Part shown: positions 24,003 through 33,853 of the stretch, piece after piece
Position numbering within the stretch: the first letter of the stretch is position 1
Layout: each line of letters begins with the position of its first letter
Source of the DNA: Protoeuglena noctilucae
Lineage: Eukaryota
Direction of reading: 5' to 3'
Length of the DNA stretch: 64,000 nucleotides
Assembly: GCA_958009085.1 (NCBI GenBank)
Contig: OY253676.1
Location: 434,001 to 498,000 of the forward strand
Translations under genes and position numbers: made by a program
The notes under the pieces: model-generated
Told to the model about the DNA's origin: nothing
What the model saw: the letters and a program-made list of their open reading frames with translations, nothing else
Database searches by the model: none

Positions 24003-26090
24003 ATGAGTGATCTAGCGTCTGCAGAGATGGATGAATGGGAAATTGACAGGTGGGGCGTCTCCGCTGCACAGCGCAGCGGCCCTGAGGGTGGAGGTGTGCG
24101 TCGATGCCCGCATTTGCTGGCCTTTGCACGCCGCGGCCCCCTCTACTGGCGCACCGATGGACAAATACCGCTTGTCTGATTGCGCTTTGCGCAGGACCGT
24201 CGAGTGGGTGTCCAGGAATGGCTTCCGCCGAGTAGTGCTGCAGTTCCCCGACGACCTCCTGGGCGCGTCGGTCCCCCTCGCCGCGGCCCTCCAGCGTTCC
24301 CTCGACGCTCGTGAGGAATGCGGGCCGTCGCGGGTGTTTGTCCTGGCCGATACGAGCCAGAACCCCCTCTGCGTGGACGAGGTGGCCGCCGCCCACGTGG
24401 ACGCCGACGCCGCCGTTCACTACGGCCGCTCCGACCTGTCGCCCGTAACCCGCCTGCCCACCCTGCTCGTCTTCGGCCGGGAGCGTGTTGACGCAGGGGC
24501 CGTCGCACGCGCCATCGCAGCCTGCGCTGCGGAGGGCGGCCCGTCCTCTCACCCTGTGGCGTTCGTCGACCAGCCCCTGGTGCACGCCACGGAAGCAATC
24601 GTCGCGGAGCTGCGCGTGCTTGGTTCCGACGGCACGGTGTCGTTCGCCACCGTGGCGGCGACGGAGTTGTGGCCGGCCCCTGGCACAGGCGTCACGGGGT
24701 GCTGCCGGGGCGGCAGCGAGGGTTGCGTTAGTGGGGCTGAACCAAAGGAGGCCGGGTGTAGCCACGATGGGCGCGGGCAGGTCCAGGGGCCCGGCGATGG
24801 CGAGGGCGAAGGGACAGAGGCCCCCGCTTGCGTGGCGGGGTACTCCTTGCCGCGCCCTGACCGCGACATGGAGGGTGTGTCTCTGGTGTGGGTGGGCGAG
24901 GAGGGCCCGGCGCTGACGCAGCTGCAGATGACGCTGCACCGGAGCAGGTGGACGAGGGTGGATGCGTCCGGGGCGACGCACGCGGCCGACATGGGCGCCG
25001 TGCAGCGCGCCGTGGGCGCCCGGTACTTTCTCATCGACAAGGCCCGGGACGCCAACATCGTCGGGGTGCTGGTGGGCACGCTGGGCGTGGCGGGGTTCCG
25101 GCACGTGGTGGGACGCGTGCGGGCGCTGGCCGCGGGTGCGGGCAAGAAGGCCTACACGGTCCTGGTCGGCAAGCCCAACCCAGCCAAGCTCGCCAACTTC
25201 CCTGAGGTGCCCGAGCTGCCGCTGCCTTACCCTAGTGACTCATTGGTTACTAGTACTCATTGGTTACTAGTACCAATGCACGGACGCCATGCCTTTGGGT
25301 ACCTCACAGATCGATGTGTGGGTGATGGTGTCTTCTCCGCAAGGCATGATTCTGGACGCGAAAGAGTATTTCTCCAAGATTATCACGCCGTTCGAGGCGG
25401 AGATCGCTTGGGGTGATCGCGAGTGGACGGGAGAGTACCGATTGGACCACGGGGAGTCGATGCTGGGGTACCAAGGAGAGGCGGCCACTGCAGGGAAGGC
25501 CGTGGATCTCAGGTGGGTGTCCCGAGCGAGCATCAGCACGCCAGGCTGGGCCTGACAGTTGGTCAGCTCGACAGGCGCAGCGATGCTGCCTTGCTTTCTT
25601 GGCAGGGCCGAGTCATGCTATGGGGCGAAGCAGTGGCGGCAGTGTGCCTTCTGCGCCCTTGCTCACCGCAGCGACCTCGGCATGGGTCGGTTCGACAGGG
25701 CCAGCGACGACGAGGGTGCGGACGAGGAGGGCGGTGGGGTGGACGGGGCGTCAGGGAGTGCGCGAGGGGATGGAGCAGAGTCCGATCCGGGTACGGCCCT
25801 GGCGCTGGGAGCAGACCGCGCCCTGTCTCTCCGGGGTCAAGGGCCCGGGGCGGTGGCCAAGACTGCGGCCGAGTTTTTCCACGCCAAGCGCAGCTACTGG
25901 GGTCTGGAGACGCCGGTGAGGGACTCGGCTGCTCCTGGTCACCCGACGGGTGCACGTAAGTGCTGCCGGCACATGACAGCACGTGTGGTGGTGCACGCAG
26001 TCGACGGGCGCCCCGGATAAGCCGGTGGAGAAGGCGGCAGAGGGGCTGTCTGGACGGGCGGCGGGGTACGCAACAGAGCCCCACACTTGA
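24003..26090 (+). CDS. DPH2: Diphthamide biosynthesis protein DPH2, multi-exon
   Basis: RRVVLQFPDDLL, FVLADT...VDEVAAAHV, VGVLVGTLG, GKPNPAKLANFPE|IDVWV, IITPFEAEIA, C-terminal KRSYWGLE and EGLSGRAAGY typical of DPH2 rather than DPH1. Confidence 0.9.
25238..25278. repeat. AT-rich 17-nt tandem duplication with overlapping near-palindrome in a DPH2 intron
   Basis: ACTCATTGGTTACTAGT x2, followed by ACCAATG, giving CATTGG(T)TACTAGTACCAATG. Confidence 0.75.
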
Positions 26091-26250
26091 CACGACTGCC
26101 AGACCCTTTGTTGAACGGCTTGTTGAAATGCTATCGGGGAAAGACGATGGGATTGTTAAGGAAACCGCAGCAATGGTCAAATCACTGGTGACAAGCGCTA
26201 AAGGGCACTGAAAGCACGTCTTTCCACCAACACGTCAGCAATAGGCTCCG

Positions 26251-28161
26251 TCACTCGTCTGCCGTGTCGATGGTGAACCCGTGGTTGTTAAAGACGACAT
26301 AGTCCCCGCCCAAGAACCCCTCCTTGAGCCCCAGAGCATCCAGGACGGCTGACGGCGCCACGGTCTGCGTCGGGCTGGCGGCACGGACGAGCCCGTCGAG
26401 CGTGGCGCCTGCGATGCCCGAGGCGGGGACCGCCACGTCCGCAACCCACTGGGACTGGGTCGGCACGAGCACGAGGCCCTGCAGAACACTTGAGAACGAT
26501 GATTGTCTGAGGACGTTACACGAGCGGTGCGGCACACGTGGGTCACGAGTGCTGTCAGGGTCTCAAGGGGTAACGCCACGGGCGTTGGTTAGAGAGGCAA
26601 GGACAAAGCTCACGCGCCCTCTTTCTGTGCATCACGAGCCCAGCCGCAAACCACCCTCGCCTCATCGCCCGTCTCCAGGGCCAGAATGCTCTCCCACAGA
26701 CGGCTCCCCTCATCGTCCATGAACCGGGCCAGGGCATTCCCGACCTCGCCGGCATCCTCGGGGTGCGCCGTGTACCGAAGGCGCACCAGGCCGTGCGGCT
26801 TCACCGTAGCCCCCCGCACCACGACGGTGTCCGAGGTGGCGGACTTCTGAAACGCCTCCCCGGACAGCACCGTCGACACGGCGCCGTGCGCGACCGTCTG
26901 CAAGCGACTGGCGTGGTCGGCGCCCAGGGCGGACAGGAGCGGCGCGAACGGCCCCCGGGGCAATGATGACTGGGGCGGCGTGAAGAGCGCGGGGAGGGTG
27001 CCGGTGCCGGAGGGGCGGCCCTGCCCGGTAGAGTCCGCGGGTTGGATCACCAGCACCTGCGGGTGAGTGTCGAGCGAGTGCCGTTGGGTCGTTGCGCAGG
27101 CGACCACGTCGTGCAGCACATGGCTGCCCGCTCGAACCCACCTTTTTGGGCAGCCCTCTGAAGGTCTCGTCCACCAACCGCGGCTTGATGCGTCCCCCCG
27201 GAAGGGCTGTGATGGCGCCCCCCGGCGCAAGCGACACGTCCAGCGTCTGTGCAAGGACTCCGCCACCGCCCGCGTCCAAAATGCTGACGGTGCCCTCCGC
27301 CACCTCGTCCGCATGGCCCACCACAGCCCCCTCCAACGACAGCGTCAGGTCTACGACGCCCCAGAGCGCCACAGCCGCGCCCTTCTCTACGCGAACCAAG
27401 TCCGTCGCCGCAGAGGTTTGCATGCGAGCGGGCGTGTAGACGTCCAGCAGTGCCATGCGGCCGAGGCGGACGTCTGCGGGCCCGTTGACCACGATGGGGC
27501 CGAGGGGGCCGACCTGGGTGGCCGTCTCGATCGCCTCGACGCTGGCCAGGCCCTCCAGGCCGCTAGCCAGGGCCGGGGGCAGGAAGCCCGGGTCGACGAT
27601 GGCGGAGAGCCACGCATCGCTGTCGCCGACGGGGTCGGCCACGAAAGCAAACACGCCGCCGCCTGGGGAACGCGAAGGACGCGGCGGTGGTGCGGCAAGG
27701 GGCTGCCAATCCCCCTGCAGCGTATCGGCCATGACGGTCACGCGATGCCCTCGGATATCCAGAGTCAGCGTCGCCCTCAACGCCGGTACTGCCTCGAACG
27801 AACGTAAGTCCACATTGTCGAGCTCCCATCGTCCCTGCAAGGGAGCATATGGCCGGTCGTAAGCCAACAATACCTTGCGAGGCGTCTTATCACACGGTCA
27901 TACAATATCTGGCCATCGCGAGCAGCCCATCCAGTGCTTCTGAGCGCATTCTACGCAATGCGCCCTCACCTGCGTCGCCGATTGTTTTAGGCTCGCCACA
28001 GCAGCTTCTTGTGCGAGCTCGCGCCAGCTTTGGTGGGACGAGACGTTGACGCGAGCCCGGCAAAGCCCCACGACGACGAGTAGGAGACATAGTGAGCGCA
28101 GGGCCCAGGACACCGCGGCGACGTAGCACTGTCGAGGTGCCCGTGCCCGGCGCAGCATCAT
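26251..28161 (-). CDS. Secreted/ER protein, remote similarity to plant TUNICAMYCIN INDUCED 1 (TIN1); 4 exons
   Basis: Signal-peptide-like SLCLLLVVVGLCRA; in-frame splicing SATQ|GRWELDNVDL...KK|VLVIQP...|GLVLVPT; several blocks resemble TIN1 as recalled. Confidence 0.55.
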
Positions 28162-28585
28162 GGTCCCCCACGCCCACCACACGGGGCTCAAAGCCGCGTC
28201 CTGCTATGCTCAGATGACAGGCACAGGGCTTGTTTGTCAACTCGCTTCCCGCCACTCCCCAACGCGCATGGCTTCTTCTAGATTTCTCTGACGCAAGACC
28301 GACATCAGGCGGGTTTACGCTCCTCTCTTGACGATGCAGCTGCCCCGGTGTCGGTTTCGTCGGCGCGCTCACTTCAGCGCATCCTGCCCTCTTCCCTGGC
28401 GCTGCGTGGATCGCTTCGAGCACGTCCGGGGCCCGCCTTTCCTCCACGCCCTCTGCTGCCGCGAGAAACACCAGCAGCCGCGAGGGACAGCAGCAGTGGA
28501 TTAAGATACTGGTTGGGAGGGCATTTAGCATCCCACTGGTCCACGGGAGGTCGGCGGCGCGGGACAGAGTGCTCCGGACTCGACC

Positions 28586-29357
28586 ATGTCATATCTCCTG
28601 CCCCACCTGCACTCGGGGTTCGCCGTGGATCAGGCCATCGTGTCGGAGGAGGACAGGGTAGTGTGCATCCGGTTCGGCCACGACCACGACCCCGAATGCA
28701 TGCTCCAGGTGCCTGCGGATGGCCGCTGCGTAATTCCTCCCCTCCGTCGCTGCCGGGCTTGCCGCAGGCGACGCGCGCGATCCCATCCTTCGCAGGACGA
28801 GACGTTGGTGGGCATCGCGGACAAGGTTAAGAACTACGCCGTCATCTACTTGGTCGACATCACGGAGGTCCCGGACTTCAACACCATGGTGGGGCGCGAA
28901 GGGGCGCTGGCTATCTGCCGTGATGTGCAAGCTCCAACGCAGCGTCTCCTGAATCATCTCGCCCAGGACCAGTCCCATTCAAGGGTCTCCTGGCTTACTT
29001 GCCCGCAGTATGAGCTGTACGATTCGTGCACGATGATGTTCTTCTTCCGCAACAAGCACATCATGATTGACTTGGGCACGGGTAACAACAACAAGATCAA
29101 CTGGGCCCTGACGGACAAGCAGGAGCTCATCGACATCATCGAGACGGTCTACCGGTGAGGAACTGGGTCCCTGCGCGGTGCAGCAGGTCCCCTTGCCTTC
29201 CGTGCAAGCAGTCATGAGCGTCTGCGCTCTGGACGCCACGTGGTGCTCCCTGCGGCTCTCATTCAAGCGAACCGTCCATGCCGGTCGCAGGGGTGCCAGG
29301 AAGGGACGGGGCCTGGTCGTCTCCCCGAAGGATTACTCCACCAAGTACCGATACTAG
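28586..29357 (+). CDS. DIM1: U5 snRNP protein Dim1/TXNL4A (YLS8), 4 exons
   Basis: MSYLLPHLHSGFAVDQAI..., VDITEVPDFNTM|YELYD, RNKHIMIDLGTGNNNKINWA, GARKGRGLVVSPKDYSTKYRY-TAG. Confidence 0.97.
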
Positions 29358-29386
29358 GCCGGTAGCGGACGCGCGCTTCTCGGGAG

Positions 29387-30377
29387 CTACGTTGATCCCT
29401 TCTGGGGCGCCTCCTTGCCATCAGATCCACTGACCAAACCCCACCGCTGCAAGTGCTCCATTCCATCGACCCCGTACATGGATGCGAGGATGATGGCCAC
29501 CGTGGCGCCCTGTCCGTAGATACGCCAGCTCTGTGGCGAAGGTGGAGAGGGCCTGGTGCGTCTGGTTGAAGCGCTTGCACTTTGAACCGTGCTGTCATGG
29601 GCCTCGGCCTCTTGCCAGCCAGCGAATTGCAATCGCCGCTCACCATCATCCTCGCGCTGAGCTGGCTGTTTCCTTGACGGAAGGCCCAGATCCCACGCGC
29701 CAGGACGCCTGCCGTGAGCATCGCCCCCGCCAGCACCAGGGGGTTGCGCTTGCGCTTGGGAGGCTCTGAGGATGCCGAAGGTGCCAGTCAGTGGATGCAA
29801 TATCCACTGTGCGAAAAGTGAAACGAAAGGACAGCCTGGGCCTCACCAGAGAGCACGTCCAGGGATGGGATGCCGGTCTGGCCGACCACGTCCAGCGTGA
29901 CCCTGTACAGCGCGCGGGCGATATCGAGTCTGCAATGCCCGGCAATGCGTTGTCAAGGCATGCCGTGCTGAGCCCCAGCGGCAACGTACCCATCGTTGGG
30001 GCTCGCTCCGCTCGTGCTTGGCTGGGACGACCCTTGCCGAGATTGGCCGTCAGCATCGGCTCTCGGCCTCTCCTGCACGAAGCGGTCGCTGAAGAGAGTC
30101 TGCATCACGATCATTTGCAGGGGACTGCGCAGACTCAGCCTGGCCTCTCTCGTCACCTCGGCGGGGAGCTTCGATCGGTTCAAGGCTTGGCGAAGCAGAG
30201 CATCCCTCTCTTTTTGCTTGCGCTCGTCGTCCGGGACTGCGCGGCGAAAGGATGGCGCGTGTGGCGAGCATGAGGCGGGCGCCGACGGCGCCAATGGGCT
30301 CAGCCACGCGAGGCAGCAGATTGGTGCCCTTGAGCAGGCATCGCTCGCAGCTCGAATCATCACGTACCTCCAGCCAT
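29387..30377 (-). CDS. HIG1 (hypoxia-induced/Rcf1-like) domain mitochondrial membrane protein, multi-exon
   Basis: KRNPLVLAGAMLTAGVLARGIWAFRQGNSQLSARMM|SWRIYGQGATVAII is the HIG1 core; upstream exons join in frame using one GC donor at 30037. Confidence 0.8.
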
Positions 30378-30753
30378 GGCAATTGGCGATTGCGGCGCAA
30401 CGCAGCCGTCGGCGTGGTTGTGCAGATGATTGTGGGCCTGGGATGGTCGAGGGAAAAGATCCTCCAAGTCAGACGCGCATCCCTCGTAATCTGCTTGCTG
30501 TTTTGGCGGCGGTCGGGGCGCAGTAGCCGCGATTAACGCCCCCCGCGCACCACCCCAGCTTCTGACGTGCGAAACGCCTGCTTTGCCGTTCGCGTCTCGA
30601 CCTGTCTCAGCCCCCTCGCGCCCGCGATAACGCGGAGGCATACTTGAAAGCATCGGTGTGCCAGAGCGTCGCCCGTTGCGCCAGTGCCGACGCCCCGCGA
30701 CGGTCTTCACATGTGGCATGTATGTTACTGAGCCGGGGTAGATAGCAGCCGCC

Positions 30754-33700
30754 ATGTCGTACTCTAAGCACTTCGGGGGGACCAATGGGGTCGACTTGCG
30801 TCATGCGAGCGACCAGCCGACAGGTGCGTCGCACCCACACGACTGAGGCTGGCAGTGGGCTGCGCGCCCCACCCTCGTTCATTTCCACGTCGCGCAGAGT
30901 ACCACACGATGTACTTGTCTACGGTGACGGGCAACGACGACAGCCGTCTGAACCGGCGACTGCAGCCGCGAAGAGACGACGACCCGCTGTACGTTTCCAA
31001 GTTCCAGACGAGGTGTGGGCCGCCTTGCACGGGGCGAAGCGTGGAGACAGCCCCGCTTTGTCTGCATAACAGAGCGCATGTGCCGAGCCGGGCCGCAGGG
31101 ACGTGACGGGGGTTGTGGAGGCCGAGGCGCGCGTCCCTGTCCATTTTTCAGCGACTAGGAAAGACGTTACGGGCAGCCTCGCGAAGCAATTCACGGAAGA
31201 CCCCCAGCAGGTGAGGCAGATCGGTGGCTGCGCGTCCGAGCGGGGCCAGGCTCGCCGCCCCCGGTCGAGCAAAAAACGCTGCTGGCTTTCTGATACAGCG
31301 CGACTGGCCCTTCGCTCACAGGGCCCCGCCACGCGCATTCCTAAGGAGGACCGTCGAGTGGGGCTGGCGTACGAGTGGCACCTGACCAGGGTCGCTGAGA
31401 AAGTCCCCTACTCCCAGGCGAGCCATACCGCCTTCCTGGCCTTGTCGGAGCCACGTTCTGTGGCCTGCCTTGATCCTCGCCCGCTCCTTCGCACCGTGAC
31501 ATGCATAACATGACCCCGGCTCTCCTGCCGCGCAGCTCCCAGCTCCGCAGCCGTCCCCTGTCCCTCCTGACTTCCCATCCCAACCCGTCTTCACGGAGCC
31601 CTGGGCCAAGTACAACCCCGACTTCTACCGGCAGAGGGCCGCGCCTGTCCGCTCCGTGGGCTTGGATGTCACCGACATTCCGGGCGCCACGGCCCGGCTC
31701 CCCAAAGAAGTCACCGTGCGCGACCCCCTCGACTACCGCGACGTGCCTCTGGTGACCGGCGCCCTGCCCCGTCGCGAGCATTTGACGTCGCATGCGCCAT
31801 GCCCATGACGCATAAACGCCTCTCTGTTCCGTTCCCTGCAGTCCTTCTCTGGGTCCCGCCAGCCCAGGGTCCGACCGGAGTTCCGGGACCATTTGTCGGT
31901 GCGGGACATCAACGCCAAGCCTTTACCCCAGGAGCGAGAGCCCTTCCCGCCCGTGGCGGAGGCGCGGCCGACCGTGCACGTGCTCACCCGGCAGAGGGGC
32001 CCGACGGACCTCTCTCTCACCACGGGCGACGTGGGGGCGGTGCCCCGCAACCCCCACGACGCCGCGATGCCGATGCGGGGGCCCCGGTGGATGCGCAACC
32101 CCGCCGACAGCGCCGACATCGAGGGGGCGCAGCCGCGACTGAAGCTCCCGCTCCAGGAGCGCCACGCGAGGAAGCTCGCGCAGGCCGAGGAGAGGGCACA
32201 GGCGCTCGAGGAGGGCCGGCGCGCGGCGGCGGAGGTCCGCCTCCCGCAGTCCACCGTCGCGTCGCTGTTGGCGGGGATGGCCCGCGTGGACCGGGACTCG
32301 TGCGGCATCGTCAGCGCGTTCGACGCCCGCAAGGCGCTGCGGGTGGGGCTGGGCGCGGACGCGGCCGCCACGGCCGAGCGAGCGCTGGCCGGGTTCACGG
32401 ACAACGTCGGCAACATCAAGTACCGGGAGCTGCACGACGCGTTGGCGCGCGTGGCGGTGCCGGACCCGGAGCCTGCGCCGAGGGCTGCGGATGAGGCGCC
32501 TCGGCCTGCCCCCCAAGCAGCACGCGAGGCGATCCAGGCGAGCATCGATGGGATAGGCCACTGGGAGCAAGAGCCACGAACAGCGTCAAGAGATTTTTTT
32601 CTCCTGATCTCGCGTCATGCTTTGATGTGTTGCTGTACACAGGGTGACGCGGAGGCGGCTGCGGTGACGGCCCCAGCGCAGGCGGAGGCTCACGAGGACG
32701 CCGGCCGACAGGGCGACGACGGGGGCGCAGGTGTGCGTAGGCATGCGTCATGTGTACCCATGTGCAGTGGCATGTCAGGCATGTCGCGCTGCCGCCTCTG
32801 CCAGTGTGGGCGAGTCTCTCCAACCCCGCCCTGCTCGCTTGCTCCCTCTCAGGGCCCGTGGGCAGCTTGGTGGAGTGGGAGGCGGGCCACGAGGACGGCG
32901 GGCTGGGGGCGGCGGGCGGCGTCAGCCGCGGTCGCAAGTGGGTGCCTGAAAGGGCCAACCCTCGGCCCAAGCGGCAGGTCCTGGCCAACAACCCCGGCCG
33001 GCGGGGTGTCCAGGGAGCGACGACGGGGCTCATCGGGACTGCGTCGGCTTACAGTGAGTGCCGCTGAACAGAGACTCTGGCATCGATGTGCTCTGCATCT
33101 GTGTCTAGTAGCACACGCAATTGCTATCGATCTCCTGACGAGTTCAGAGGACACCGACACGACATTCACGCATCGGCTTGCCGTCCCGCAGTCCCCACGA
33201 CGGAGCGCACGGGTCTCTCGCCGCCCAGCCCAGCGGCGGCGTCGCACCCCGCCAGCCCCGTAGAGGCACGCCGGTCGGGCTCTCCCACCGCCCAGCCGCG
33301 GCGCACCCCGCCGGGGCCCCGCACGCTTTTCGCGTCGGGAGGTGCCACGCTCCCCGTGGCCCACGCCTTCCTGCCATCCGGTTCGGCCGCCAGCCGTGCG
33401 CCCGGCAGCCCCGCGGCCCGGGGCGCGCCCTCTCCGTCGCAGCGGGGAGGCGCGACGGGGGAGTGGGGCACGGCCAGGCTCAGCGTGGTGACGGGGCGGC
33501 CGTTGCAGCTGGTCCCTGCTTCCAAGGCAGAGCCCGAGATGGGCGTGAGCAAGAGGAGGGCTAGAGAGGCGCTACAGGTGAGCCTGGGTTCAAGGGCGCT
33601 GGGGAGTAACACTTCCATGGCAGGCGAGCAGGCGGGCGGGCGAATGGGTGGGCGGTCGCCATCCCGTTGATGGCGAGGCAAAGACAGCGGTGGCAATTTG

Positions 33701-33802
33701 GGGAGGGTAACTCTTACGAGCAGGGTGTGACTAAGGCTAAGTAAAGCTGCTGTTTAACATTCGCAGGAAGAGCTGAATACGATCGCGGACCTGCCGTTGT
33801 GA
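30754..33802 (+). CDS. Uncharacterised protein with DIxGA-type repeats and an EF-hand-like pair, multi-exon
   Basis: Consistent in-frame exons; motifs DVTDIPGATARL, TTGDVGAVPR, DSADIEGAQPRL; VDRDSCGIVSAFDARKAL and TDNVGNIKYRELHDAL; last exon EELNTIADLPL-TGA. Confidence 0.6.
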
Positions 33803-33853
33803 GGCACGCGAAGGCCACGACAGGCGCGGAGGCGGCTGGAGATAGGCCCGAGT

